From positions 1-64,000 of the IMG/VR virus record IMGVR_UViG_3300029951_000020: a stretch of 64,000 bases of DNA, one strand, 5' to 3'. The notes under the pieces are model-generated. The model was not told where the DNA came from and did no database searches. It worked only from the letters and a program-made list of their open reading frames with translations. The stretch is from a virus. Below, piece after piece: positions 1-8,573 of the stretch (its first letter is position 1; each line of letters opens with the position of its first letter). Position numbers and translations under genes: made by a program.

Positions 1-1409
1 ACGGTGCCGGAGTAGCTGACCTTGAATCGACTAGCGCCGTCCGCTTCCAGGTTCAACAGGTCACCGCTGGTGTGTGCGTTGACGCCCAGGTAGGTGCCCG
101 ACGACCCCCATGTGGCTGAAGCCGTGGCGGCCGTGGGCTGCACAAGCAGGAGTGGGAAGTTGGTGGTTCCTGAGCCCGCCGCGTAAACGGTGCCGGTCCA
201 CAGCGACGCGGGAAGAGACGCTGCACCAACTGTTGATACAGTGAAGGCGACCGAGGGGGATAGATAGTCGGTACTGGCAGTCGCTGCGGTGTCCGCGCTG
301 CCTGCGCCCGCTCCCTTGCGCAGCCCGGTAACGCTCGCTGGAAACCTGGTGTCGTTGCCCTGGGCAGCGGTATTCGACCCGGTGCCGTACACCACGTCGG
401 CGGTGATCGTACCGCTGCTGGTGACCGGCGTGCTGCCGACGCTGATCGTACCGCTGGGGCTCGACAGGCCCACACTGGTGACCGATCCTCCCCCACTGCT
501 CCCTGACGGGGTCTGCCATGTTGCATGCGCCGAATCGACAGCTTGCAGCACCTGGCCCGCAGTCGGCGCTGTAGCGGCGCTGACATTGACAGCCGTAGTC
601 GCTGAGTTCAGTGCGTTTGCTGCAGCGCTCGTGCCTGTCGTATTCGCCGCATTATTCGGGACGTCGCCCGAGACTAGCGCTGGTAATTGAGCATGCGGTA
701 ACGTTCCAGTGACCGATGTAGCGCCCAGAGCGAGAGGTGTCTGCCCCCATGCGGTCGAGGTAGTACCGATGGTGATTGCACCGGATGTCGTCATGCGCCA
801 CGTCGAACCCGAGTAGATGGCGCCCAGTCGCACGAATTCCGTTACGAACTGGAAGGCCTGTGTCGTACCCGCATTGGGGTACCAGGGAGGGCGCGTCCAG
901 GAACCGGACTGCATGATCCAGGGGCCGTTCTGTGAAGCCGTGGTCTGCGCAACGCACAGGACAATGGTTGTGCCTGCAGTACCCGCGACGCTATCGATGG
1001 TCTGCGCACCGCTGAGAGTCACGTTGCTCGCCGCGACGAGTCCGGCCGAGGGCTTTTCGTAGAGGCTCAGGCTCACGTCGGTCAGCGACGGGATCTCGGC
1101 CAGCTTGAGCTGAATGCCCGATGTCAGGCCGGCATAGCCGCTCGCCGCGTCCTTGTTCGCCGTCTGCTCGACGCCCGAGACATCGGTCGCCGTCAGGCTC
1201 AGCGACAACTTCGCCGCGGAGGCGGGACAAGCGGTGGGCGACGCCGTCGAGCCCGTGCAGTTCCCGACGATGGTGTTCGCGGGCTGCGCGACGACGGCGG
1301 TGAGCGGGGTCGTTCCAGGGCGGATCGTCGCGCCGCTGATCGTGCCTGCTTGACCGAGCGCTACGAGGGGGAGGAACAGCGACAAAACGACGAGATATCG
1401 CATCTTCAT
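1..1409 (-). CDS. secreted Thr/Ser/Gly/Ala-rich fibre-like protein, C-terminus beyond window
   Basis: The third minus frame is open from ATG 1407-1409 to the window edge; it is absent from the ORF track because no stop lies in the window. N-terminus MKMRYLVVLSLFLPLVALGQAG looks like a signal peptide. The body has fibre-type motifs (KDAASGYAGL, GNDTRF). Confidence 0.6.
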   Translation of the reverse strand, partial: MKMRYLVVLSLFLPLVALGQAGTISGATIRPGTTPLTAVVAQPANTIVGNCTGSTASPTACPASAAKLSLSLTATDVSGVEQTANKDAASGYAGLTSGIQLKLAEIPSLTDVSLSLYEKPSAGLVAASNVTLSGAQTIDSVAGTAGTTIVLCVAQTTASQNGPWIMQSGSWTRPPWYPNAGTTQAFQFVTEFVRLGAIYSGSTWRMTTSGAITIGTTSTAWGQTPLALGATSVTGTLPHAQLPALVSGDVPNNAANTTGTSAAANALNSATTAVNVSAATAPTAGQVLQAVDSAHATWQTPSGSSGGGSVTSVGLSSPSGTISVGSTPVTSSGTITADVVYGTGSNTAAQGNDTRFPASVTGLRKGAGAGSADTAATASTDYLSPSVAFTVSTVGAASLPASLWTGTVYAAGSGTTNFPLLLVQPTAATASATWGSSGTYLGVNAHTSGDLLNLEADGASRFKVSYSGT

Positions 1410-1471
1410 GGAGGTTCGGCCCAGATCGACGGCGGGTGTGGGCCGATTGTACGCGCTGAAGGTGCTGCGCG

Positions 1472-1708
1472 TCAGCCCGCGAGCGGCAGGATATCCAGCT
1501 TGCTGATGACGCATGGATAGCCGATCAGGAACTGTGTCAACGTCGTCACGTCCTGGAAGACGCGGACGCGGCGCTCGAACCGCTCGATCACGTAGCCGGG
1601 GAGCGTGTCCTGCGACTCGTGGTTGAAGTCCTGCAGGTAGAAGCGCTGCTGCGTGGCCGTAACCTGCTCGCAGATGACGTCGGCCTGGACGTAGGTGCGC
1701 GTGCTCAT
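1472..1708 (-). CDS. hypothetical protein (78 aa)
   Basis: Frame of track ORF 1472..1768, trimmed to ATG 1706-1708, which overlaps the upstream stop as ATGA. Confidence 0.5.
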   Translation of the reverse strand: MSTRTYVQADVICEQVTATQQRFYLQDFNHESQDTLPGYVIERFERRVRVFQDVTTLTQFLIGYPCVISKLDILPLAG

Positions 1709-1983
1709 GTCTCGATCTGTCCTAGGCCCAGCCGACTGCGCAGCTCGGTGATCTCCTGGTTGAGGCATTCCACCTCTTTCTTCATCCGGGTCATCAGGAC
1801 GTCGATGCCGTTAGGCACCGTCTTCGCGCGTTCACGTTGGACGCCGTAAAGCGTCAGCGTCTGGAACGCCCTGTCTATATGGTCGGTGGTCTGCTGGGAC
1901 AGCAGGAAGTTGAACACCTCCTGATCAGCTTTCGACAGTCGGCTAATGAAGTCCGGAACACGGCGTGCTGGGTCACCGTTCAC
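1705..1983 (-). CDS. hypothetical coiled-coil protein (92 aa)
   Basis: Frame of 1705..2163, trimmed to GTG 1981-1983, which overlaps the upstream stop (GTGA). Confidence 0.45.
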   Translation of the reverse strand: MNGDPARRVPDFISRLSKADQEVFNFLLSQQTTDHIDRAFQTLTLYGVQRERAKTVPNGIDVLMTRMKKEVECLNQEITELRSRLGLGQIET

Positions 1984-2240
1984 TCCGGCACCTCGCCGAC
2001 GCCCAGCGCCACGACGGGATGCGCGACGCCGCAAACCCACAGCTTGATCGGCGCCCCGGCGATGATCGCTTTCAGTTCCTCGGGCGACGGTTCCCACAGA
2101 CTGATCATGTACTTGACGCCCGTCGACGGCTCCTCGTAATCGAGGATCGGCAGACCGACGCACGGGCCGTTCTCGGCGTCGTCCCAGTCGGTGGGTTTAC
2201 CGAGGACGCGGGTGGCGTTGCGGATGTGTTTGGGGATCAT
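1980..2240 (-). CDS. hypothetical protein (86 aa)
   Basis: Frame of 1980..2294, trimmed to ATG 2238-2240 (ATGA overlap with the upstream stop). Confidence 0.5.
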   Translation of the reverse strand: MIPKHIRNATRVLGKPTDWDDAENGPCVGLPILDYEEPSTGVKYMISLWEPSPEELKAIIAGAPIKLWVCGVAHPVVALGVGEVPE

Positions 2241-2512
2241 CGCTCCGTCCCGAACGGCTGATAAGCTGAGGTGGTGTGGATCGACATCACACAAACATCA
2301 GGCTGGAGCGCCCATGATTCGCCGCGCAGCACATACATAACCGTGCATAGTAGATGTCGCCCCGTATAGCGATCTCGCGTGATGTCGTACTCGCGCAGAA
2401 ATAACTCATCGTCTTTCTTGAAGCCCCGATCATCCTTGCGCACCTCGAAGCGCTTGAGACCGTCGATGATCGGCTGGAAATACTCGGGCCAGCATTTGAG
2501 TTCGTGTCTCAC
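2237..2512 (-). CDS. ASCH/PUA-like (DUF3850-type) protein
   Basis: HELKCWPEYFQPIIDGLKRFEVRKDDRGFKKDDELFLREYD..YTGR resembles the DUF3850 consensus as I remember it. The GTG start overlaps the upstream stop. Confidence 0.55.
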   Translation of the reverse strand: MRHELKCWPEYFQPIIDGLKRFEVRKDDRGFKKDDELFLREYDITRDRYTGRHLLCTVMYVLRGESWALQPDVCVMSIHTTSAYQPFGTER

Positions 2513-2715
2513 GGCAATACGATCTCCCTCTGTGTGTTGTGCTTCGTGTGAATGATCAGCCTGCCACCGCTGCACTTCGCCGCCTGCGCGACCTGGTATA
2601 GAGCGATCGCACGCCGCACCACGTCGCTGCGGCTCGGCGCGCCGCTGGATTCCTTCAGATCGTCGATCTGGCCAACAAGTTTTGCATCGAATCGGAAGCT
2701 GGTTGGTTCGCTCAT
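2509..2715 (-). CDS. ribbon-helix-helix (CopG/Arc-like) regulator
   Basis: SFRFDAKLVGQIDDL...SRSDVVRRAIALY is an RHH pattern. ATG 2713-2715 lies 7 nt after a TACACT -10, so it is preferred over the 2733 start, which falls inside the promoter. Confidence 0.6.
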   Translation of the reverse strand: MSEPTSFRFDAKLVGQIDDLKESSGAPSRSDVVRRAIALYQVAQAAKCSGGRLIIHTKHNTQREIVLP

Positions 2716-2719
2716 GGCC

Positions 2720-2775
2720 GCAAGTGTAGTCACAAATGCGCTACACTTGCAAGCGAAACGACAGTATGCTCTAAT
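2720..2775. promoter_or_regulatory. back-to-back promoters sharing one palindromic -35 (TTGCAA 2747-2752), plus a 10-bp inverted-repeat operator
   Basis: Rightward: TTGCAA-17 nt-TCTAAT (2770-2775). Leftward: TTGCAA-18 nt-TACACT (2723-2728). Inverted repeat GCAAGTGTAG (2720-2729) / CTACACTTGC (2741-2750). Confidence 0.45.
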
Positions 2776-2865
2776 CCCTCACAGAGATGCCCATGCGCCG
2801 CGCAGCGACACGGCGAACAGGTACGAAGTGAACAAACCCTTCCATGCTACCGATGAGGCATCTCC

Positions 2866-3153
2866 ATGACTGTTCGCGCGAAAGTTGTTTGCGGCTCCAA
2901 GACCCTCTGCGCCCACCAGAAAGCCGACGGCTCGACCGTCGAGGCCGCCACCGTCAACTTCTACGGCGTCCACAAGGGCGTCTACAACGAAGCGGGCCAT
3001 CAGATCCCGGGCAACGCCTACAAGGAGAACGAGATTTTCGGCGAGTATTCGCCCAACGTCTCGTTCAGCATGTACATCACCAATCCCGATGCGCACAAGC
3101 AGTTCGAGCAGGGCGGCTTCTACTACGTCGACTTCTCGCAGGCGCCGGAGTGA
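2866..3153 (+). CDS. hypothetical protein (95 aa)
   Basis: Track ORF with protein-like composition. It is the first gene downstream of the rightward promoter. Confidence 0.6.
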   Translation: MTVRAKVVCGSKTLCAHQKADGSTVEAATVNFYGVHKGVYNEAGHQIPGNAYKENEIFGEYSPNVSFSMYITNPDAHKQFEQGGFYYVDFSQAPE

Positions 3154-3170
3154 GCGAAGGCGTAAACGCA

Positions 3171-3353
3171 ATGGGCTGTCCGGTATGCCCGCGCTGCGGC
3201 GATAGCGGCTGGTTTGGATTTTGCGGGGCTGCGGTGAAGTGTCCCTGCAAGAAACGCGGACCGGACCTATCGTTCATGACCAAAGAATGGCTACGAAAGC
3301 ATCTTGAACGCGATGATGCCCTGGGCATATCAGAGCCTGAAAGCGTGCCGTAA
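3171..3353 (+). CDS. small Cys-rich (zinc-ribbon-like) protein (60 aa)
   Basis: Internal ATG of the 2844..3353 frame. Sequence MGCPVCPRCGDSGW..CPCKK. Confidence 0.45.
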   Translation: MGCPVCPRCGDSGWFGFCGAAVKCPCKKRGPDLSFMTKEWLRKHLERDDALGISEPESVP

Positions 3354-3394
3354 CGAGAGCCCCGCAAAGGCGCTTCTTCCTCGCGGGGCTCTCG
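3354..3394. terminator. bidirectional hairpin between convergent genes
   Basis: 12-bp perfect stem CGAGAGCCCCGC / GCGGGGCTCTCG with a 17-nt loop, followed by GCTTTGG. Confidence 0.5.
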
Positions 3395-3459
3395 GCTTTG
3401 GGGCAGCATGCCCGCTGCCCACACTGCTCTGTCAAAACGGACTGTGTTCGATCTCTTCA

Positions 3460-3987
3460 TCATAGCCCAAACACCTTGCGCGCTTCCTGATCGGCCTTCA
3501 TCCAGTTCTTGATGTCCGCCTTGAACTCGGCGCACGACGCAGGATCTTCCAGCGCGGCGCTCATCCAGGAACCGAGTTTGTCGTTGGCGAGCAGAAGATC
3601 GCGGACAGCGAACTCGCGCTCCGACAAGCGTTGGTTACTTGACTTGTCCTCGGACAAGTCGAAGTTGCCGTAGTGCAACTTCTGCCACTCAACTTCTTCC
3701 TCTGGAGTGCGGGGTAAGTAACCCTTGAAGCTGCCGTTGTTGTTGAAGCGGCTCCGGCACGAATCCAGCGTCTTGTCGTCCCTCTTCGCCCACTCCTGTT
3801 CCTCCGCGTGCAGCAGCGCAATCATCTCCGGGTCGCCCGTTCCCGCAGGGCACATGCTGTGCAGCACGCACTTCTCTTCGACCTGATCGCATGGCGGCAG
3901 CTCGAACCTCAATGGGCACACCACGAGCCTATGCTTCGGACAGGCATTCGGCGTCGGGCACTCGGTGTTGGTGCGCGTGCAGATCAT
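3460..3987 (-). CDS. Cys-rich hypothetical protein (175 aa)
   Basis: Frame of 3460..4248, trimmed to ATG 3985-3987 (ATGA overlap with the upstream stop). Confidence 0.55.
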   Translation of the reverse strand: MICTRTNTECPTPNACPKHRLVVCPLRFELPPCDQVEEKCVLHSMCPAGTGDPEMIALLHAEEQEWAKRDDKTLDSCRSRFNNNGSFKGYLPRTPEEEVEWQKLHYGNFDLSEDKSSNQRLSEREFAVRDLLLANDKLGSWMSAALEDPASCAEFKADIKNWMKADQEARKVFGL

Positions 3988-4283
3988 TGACCGGGATACC
4001 GATTCAGCAACACACAGATTGAATCGACCATCGTCATGGTGGCGATGCGCAGGAAGTAGATTGACTGGACATCGGTGCGAACCGAGGTAACGGCGTAGAC
4101 CGCCATGTCGGTGTTCTCTGTGGCGACATTCCTGGGCGAGTACTGCGGGTCGAAATCGATGGATACTGGCTTTGGCACACGCAGCGCAACCATCTGATAC
4201 CGCTTGTCCGCGACGTATCGCTGCCCATCCAGCGGACCACCGACGCATAGCATGCGGATCTCGTGTTCGTTGGGCATCGACAC
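3984..4283 (-). CDS. hypothetical protein (99 aa)
   Basis: Track ORF, tightly packed in the leftward operon. Confidence 0.55.
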   Translation of the reverse strand: MSMPNEHEIRMLCVGGPLDGQRYVADKRYQMVALRVPKPVSIDFDPQYSPRNVATENTDMAVYAVTSVRTDVQSIYFLRIATMTMVDSICVLLNRYPGQ

Positions 4284-4284
4284 G

Positions 4285-4551
4285 TCAGATCACCTTCACC
4301 AGGCGCACGCTCGGCCCCTGCTCCGCATGCCACTTGACGTGCACCATCTCATCCTCCACACGAATGTGCAACTCGTCGATGTTGCGGCCGACGTGCTGCA
4401 TGAGGGTCTTGGCGTGCAGATTGAGGTCGCGCACTTTCTCGTCGCGGCGGCGCTTCAACGCGCTGATATTCTCGTCCATCGCGTTCAGTTCAGCAGTGAT
4501 CGCGGCGTACTCCTTCGCGGCTACGCGCATCTCGTCGTCTCTTTCGCTCAT
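4285..4551 (-). CDS. hypothetical coiled-coil protein (88 aa)
   Basis: Track ORF; charged, heptad-like sequence. Confidence 0.55.
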   Translation of the reverse strand: MSERDDEMRVAAKEYAAITAELNAMDENISALKRRRDEKVRDLNLHAKTLMQHVGRNIDELHIRVEDEMVHVKWHAEQGPSVRLVKVI

Positions 4552-4566
4552 CTTGATCGGTATCCT

Positions 4567-4842
4567 TCAGTTTGTTGGTTTGGACAGAGGTCCAATGAAC
4601 AGCCCTTCGCAGTCCACCGTGTCGTACGTCATGTCCATGCCCGTCACGGTGATGTAGGCTCTCCCCATGCTGCCGTCGTGGAAGACGATGTGCCAGTTGT
4701 CCGGCTTGCGTCCTTCGATTGAGCCCTTGAACCAGTAGTAGCCGTCGGTGGTCGGAGCGCGCTTGGCCTTCAGCACCTCATCGCCGACGCGGAACTGAGG
4801 TAATAGTAGGTCGCGGACTTGGTCTTCGGCGGTCACTTCCAC
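4567..4842 (-). CDS. hypothetical protein (91 aa)
   Basis: Track ORF. Confidence 0.55.
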   Translation of the reverse strand: MEVTAEDQVRDLLLPQFRVGDEVLKAKRAPTTDGYYWFKGSIEGRKPDNWHIVFHDGSMGRAYITVTGMDMTYDTVDCEGLFIGPLSKPTN

Positions 4843-5141
4843 TTCTCCACCGTCGCCTTATACCCGTGAGTACCGACCGCGTCCAGGTCGGTGATCGGCT
4901 TGCGCTGAGCGATATTCGCCGGCACCAACTCGTCGAATATCCAGTTGTCGTTCTTGCCGCAGGTCTTGATCGCCGCGACGCCGGTCGTGCAGACGTCTGC
5001 TGGCCTCCAGGTGCAGCCACAGGGGCAGGCGTGGCTTTTGTGGTCGGGGTTACTCCACCCTTTCGCCTCATCCGGCGCGTCGATGTGTTGACGGCCACAG
5101 TTCGGGCAGTAGAGGATCATGGGAATGGGGGTTTCGGACAT
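4833..5141 (-). CDS. zinc-ribbon protein (102 aa)
   Basis: Start MSETPIPMILYCPNCG is preceded by GAAAAGGAAAAAGGAGC. Several CxxC motifs. Confidence 0.5.
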   Translation of the reverse strand: MSETPIPMILYCPNCGRQHIDAPDEAKGWSNPDHKSHACPCGCTWRPADVCTTGVAAIKTCGKNDNWIFDELVPANIAQRKPITDLDAVGTHGYKATVEKWK

Positions 5142-5238
5142 CAACTTTGCTCCTTTTTCCTTTTCTGAGTGCGTCCCTGACGATCTCTTCGTGATCGCCA
5201 CGTCCGCACTGGCAAAATAACACTAAAAATCCGGTTTT

Positions 5239-5592
5239 TCAACGACCGTTCATCATTTTGTTCTGCCGAACGACCTCTTCCGCATGCCGCCGAGCCCGAT
5301 CAATCTTGTTGGGGTCGTACTTATTGCCGAAATTGCAGTTTTTTCGCGCCTCGTGGTACGACTCGATCATCTCAAAGACCTTTGAGTCTCTGCCGTAGTA
5401 CGCAATGTCGTCCGCCTTCGCATTGTTGTCGTCCAGGCAGAGTGTCTGGACGTTGACGTCGTAGCTATGACCGCCTTTCGCCTGCGGAATCACATGGTCC
5501 ATCGTCAGGTTCGCACGCGATCCGCACTTCAGGCAGCGGTGACCGTCCCGTTCGAGGATTCGGCGGCGCTGGGTGGCGGTGATGGAGGACAT
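5239..5592 (-). CDS. HNH endonuclease
   Basis: RDGHRCLKCGS..L..DHVIP..GG....N.Q.LC...N..K matches the HNH signature. Confidence 0.8.
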   Translation of the reverse strand: MSSITATQRRRILERDGHRCLKCGSRANLTMDHVIPQAKGGHSYDVNVQTLCLDDNNAKADDIAYYGRDSKVFEMIESYHEARKNCNFGNKYDPNKIDRARRHAEEVVRQNKMMNGR

Positions 5593-5611
5593 GGGACGAG
5601 ATTATCACGGC

Positions 5612-5640
5612 TTGCATCGGTAATCAATTGCCTGTATAAC
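5612..5640 (+). promoter_or_regulatory. sigma70-like promoter TTGCAT-17 nt-TATAAC
   Basis: The -10 ends 8 nt before ATG 5649, which implies a leaderless mRNA. Confidence 0.4.
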
Positions 5641-5648
5641 GTTCCCTC

Positions 5649-5843
5649 ATGAACCTTGAAACACTTGTTGCCCAGTTGAAGAGGCGCTGCGCTGGCAGCA
5701 ACCAGAAGGTGGTCGCCGCGGAGATGGGCATCAGCAACAACTACCTGAGTGTGGTCCTGCGCGGCAAGCTGGAGCCGGGACCGAAGATCCTCGACGCGTT
5801 GGGGCTCGAAAAACGTGTTTCCTACGTGGAGAAGAAGGCGTGA
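5649..5843 (+). CDS. Cro/XRE-family HTH regulator
   Basis: QKVVAAEMGISNNYLSVVLRGK is a helix-turn-helix pattern. The gene is divergent from the HNH block. Confidence 0.7.
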   Translation: MNLETLVAQLKRRCAGSNQKVVAAEMGISNNYLSVVLRGKLEPGPKILDALGLEKRVSYVEKKA

Positions 5844-5946
5844 CCAGCGACCGTCAAGCCCATTACCCCTTCCTCCTCAAGCACCCCTTCGTCGCCGGCA
5901 TCCTGTGCGGCCTCGTGATCGAACTGGTCTATCGGTGGTGTACGTC

Positions 5947-6228
5947 ATGACAGCCTCCGTCAAAGCCCTGTCTTCCCGCATGAAGACCCTCCTCGCTCAG
6001 TACGCCAAGACCTACACGCCCGGCAAGCCCATGCACAACGTCACGCTCGACGCGACGCACGGCATCCTTACCGATGCGCAGGACGTCATCGGGCAGCAGT
6101 CGGACCTGATCTCGCACATGTCCTCGTGCGCCGACTGCGCCGACGATATGGGATCGTGTCAGGTAGCGCAGGGGTTCATGACGGCGCTTTATCCGGAGGG
6201 GTTGCGAGACGCAGGATCTTCGGCGTGA
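5947..6228 (+). CDS. hypothetical protein (93 aa)
   Basis: Internal ATG of the 5749..6228 frame. Confidence 0.5.
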   Translation: MTASVKALSSRMKTLLAQYAKTYTPGKPMHNVTLDATHGILTDAQDVIGQQSDLISHMSSCADCADDMGSCQVAQGFMTALYPEGLRDAGSSA

Positions 6229-6413
6229 CTTCCCAGACTGTCACCGTCATCGTCGATGGTAAGCCGCAGCAGCGCGAGATCGACCACATCTCATACGAGC
6301 AGGACATGAGCCGTGATCATCGCTGGCCGGAGGAGTTTCCGGTGCTGTATAAGGGCGAGAAGCTGGTGCGGACTATAACGGGGGAGATGATCATCGTGAG
6401 GACGGGCGAGTGA
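6225..6413 (+). CDS. hypothetical protein (62 aa)
   Basis: GTG 6225 overlaps the upstream stop (GTGA). Confidence 0.45.
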   Translation: MTSQTVTVIVDGKPQQREIDHISYEQDMSRDHRWPEEFPVLYKGEKLVRTITGEMIIVRTGE

Positions 6414-6655
6414 CCACCCTCACCCTCTACACCTACAACTCCGATACCCGCGTCGCCCAGTTCAACTCGCGCTTCGACCCGGAAATCTGCTTCACCCTGG
6501 CCAACGTCACGTCGGCGCAGGCGCTGTTCATCAATAACACGATCCGCGAGATGGAGAACGCCGCGTACCAGGCGTCGCTGGCGCAGGTCGAGAGGACCAT
6601 CGCGGCGATGCGCGGGTATGCGCCGACGTTGCCGGTGCAGGAGTGGGTGGAGTGA
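6410..6655 (+). CDS. hypothetical protein (81 aa)
   Basis: Track ORF with a start/stop overlap. Confidence 0.5.
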   Translation: MTTLTLYTYNSDTRVAQFNSRFDPEICFTLANVTSAQALFINNTIREMENAAYQASLAQVERTIAAMRGYAPTLPVQEWVE

Positions 6656-6948
6656 GACCGTACCGAGGCCCACACCCGAACTGCACCGCCTGCCGCGGCG
6701 CTGGCGTCATAGGCACGCCTGGCGTTCGATGCCTGCACTGCGAGCTGTTCTGGATCTCACGGGACTTTGGCTTGGCCAAGGCAATGCAGCAGGGGCACCT
6801 TGACGCGGGACTCATCTATGAGGACGACCTGCCCAAAGGGATGGCCGATACCGACTACGAGATATGGTTCGCGCGGTCGGTGCTGGTCGACGGGGTGCGG
6901 ATGGGGCCGAGGTGGCCGTTTATTGAACCGAACGAAGTGAGGGCATAG
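6652..6948 (+). CDS. Cys-rich hypothetical protein (98 aa)
   Basis: GTG 6652 overlaps the upstream stop (GTGA). Contains CTACRGAG..C..C. Confidence 0.5.
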   Translation: MRPYRGPHPNCTACRGAGVIGTPGVRCLHCELFWISRDFGLAKAMQQGHLDAGLIYEDDLPKGMADTDYEIWFARSVLVDGVRMGPRWPFIEPNEVRA

Positions 6949-6951
6949 CGC

Positions 6952-7191
6952 ATGCCGATCCACTCACGCAGCCCCAACGTCAAGAAGTGGCCCGGACCCT
7001 TCGCCGATCCCGGCCCATCGACATCCCCCTTCGAGCGAGACTGGGCGCGGATGTACCTGGCGCTCAAGAGCTTCCATAGCGAGCAGTCGCTGCGCGTGAT
7101 CAACGACCTGGAGTGCGGCAAGGAAAGCGCCGAGCAGACGATCAAGAAGTGCTTCGACTATGCGCGAGCCAGCAAGGGGAAGTTTCCATGA
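6952..7191 (+). CDS. hypothetical protein (79 aa)
   Basis: Track ORF. Confidence 0.5.
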   Translation: MPIHSRSPNVKKWPGPFADPGPSTSPFERDWARMYLALKSFHSEQSLRVINDLECGKESAEQTIKKCFDYARASKGKFP

Positions 7192-7406
7192 ACGTGTCAT
7201 TGCCCACTCCTCCCTGCACCGCGAACGAGATCGTCGTGATCTACTCGACGCAGTGGGGCAAGTACTGGGAGGCTGACGGCAACGGATACACGAACGATGT
7301 GGATCGTGCTGGTCGGTACCACTTCTACGACGCTGTCCTGCGCACGCAGGGATGCGGGCCGGAGAAGGGGTTGCAGATACACAGGGTGGTGGAGAAGCGA
7401 GCATGA
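7188..7406 (+). CDS. hypothetical protein (72 aa)
   Basis: ATGA overlap at 7188-7191. Confidence 0.5.
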   Translation: MNVSLPTPPCTANEIVVIYSTQWGKYWEADGNGYTNDVDRAGRYHFYDAVLRTQGCGPEKGLQIHRVVEKRA

Positions 7407-7603
7407 GATCGCAGCACGACGAAGACGAAGACCCCGAGGACATGGAGATGCCGTGTCCTTGCCCCGGGTGCGGCAGATGGGTCGAGCTGAACGCGATGCG
7501 GGAGCTGCGCCTGTGGGACCGCGCGCCCAAGATGGTGTGCGCGGGGTGCTACGAGGGGAAGATGTTCGAGCTGCGCGAGAATGAGGCGCCGAATAGGATA
7601 TGA
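7403..7603 (+). CDS. zinc-ribbon protein (66 aa)
   Basis: ATGA overlap with the upstream stop. Contains CPCPGCG...CAGC. Confidence 0.5.
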   Translation: MRSQHDEDEDPEDMEMPCPCPGCGRWVELNAMRELRLWDRAPKMVCAGCYEGKMFELRENEAPNRI

Positions 7604-7743
7604 GTGTCTGTCTGTGGGTCCACGCCCACTACGCCGCCGCGTTGTTGTCTGCGGTAGCGACCGGACTCGTATCGGGTGTGGGGATCGTGAAGATTATCGT
7701 CGCCACCTGCCCAATTGACGAACCGAACGAAGTGAGAAAATGA
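7600..7743 (+). CDS. small membrane protein (47 aa)
   Basis: ATGA overlap with the upstream stop; hydrophobic core. Below the track size cut-off. Confidence 0.35.
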   Translation: MSVCLWVHAHYAAALLSAVATGLVSGVGIVKIIVATCPIDEPNEVRK

Positions 7744-7780
7744 CGAACGATGAAGAAGATTTCGGTCTGTGGGTTCGCCC

Positions 7781-7981
7781 ATGAACGGCCCGCACACCGC
7801 ACAGATCGACGCGGCCTTCCTCGCTTGGATGAAGACGCTGCCCAAGGGCAACCAGGTGATCATGTGGGACGCCATCGACAAGGGCGTTCGATCTTACACG
7901 CGGGAGGCGTTCTATGCGGCTTACGAACTCGGCTACACCGAGGGTGTCACCGCGTACGAAGGCGGGGGTATCGACGAATGA
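7781..7981 (+). CDS. hypothetical protein (66 aa)
   Basis: Internal ATG of the 7769..7981 frame. Confidence 0.5.
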   Translation: MNGPHTAQIDAAFLAWMKTLPKGNQVIMWDAIDKGVRSYTREAFYAAYELGYTEGVTAYEGGGIDE

Positions 7982-8169
7982 TCACGCCAACCATTACCGA
8001 GCCTGAGCTATTCTCCTACGGCTTCGCCACCTACGTCTCGATCAAAGATCCGCTGAAGAAGTGGTACGAGCATCCGACGTTCGGCAGGCTGCATGCGTTG
8101 CCCACGCATCGGCAGCTGCTGGATCATGTGTTCAACTTGGCTGTGAAGAGAGCGCCCAATCTACTGTAG
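7978..8169 (+). CDS. hypothetical protein (63 aa)
   Basis: ATGA overlap with the upstream stop; frame of 7750..8169. Confidence 0.5.
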   Translation: MITPTITEPELFSYGFATYVSIKDPLKKWYEHPTFGRLHALPTHRQLLDHVFNLAVKRAPNLL

Positions 8170-8373
8170 CGAAGGCTTTCCGTCTTCCGCTACTACCTGC
8201 GCCGCCAACCACTGGCCGCTCGCCATCTGCCCAACAACTACAACGGCCTCCCTAGCGTCGACCGTCAGTTCGCCGTCCTCCGCGATCATGTCTGTAATCT
8301 CGACGTGCTCGCCAGTCGCCAGGACGACACAGTTGTGAAGGAGGTCGACGTGGTCGATGTCTATCTCGTACAT
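8161..8373 (-). CDS. acidic hypothetical protein (70 aa)
   Basis: Frame of 8161..8469, trimmed to MYEIDIDH. Confidence 0.45.
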   Translation of the reverse strand: MYEIDIDHVDLLHNCVVLATGEHVEITDMIAEDGELTVDAREAVVVVGQMASGQWLAAQVVAEDGKPSLQ

Positions 8374-8573
8374 GCGTGCATCGTAACACCGTTGGTGCGA
8401 TGGGGCACCCCGTACGGTAGCGCCCAGACACGGCGCATGCGCTGAGCGCAGGGTGATGATTGCTGCCACCCTGGAGAACGCCGTGACCTGCCTGTCTAAC
8501 CACCACCTCGCCGATCATCGGCTTGTGTTACCCTTCGCTGTGTCCGGTCCCGTACGCAGCGTTCGTATCCATC

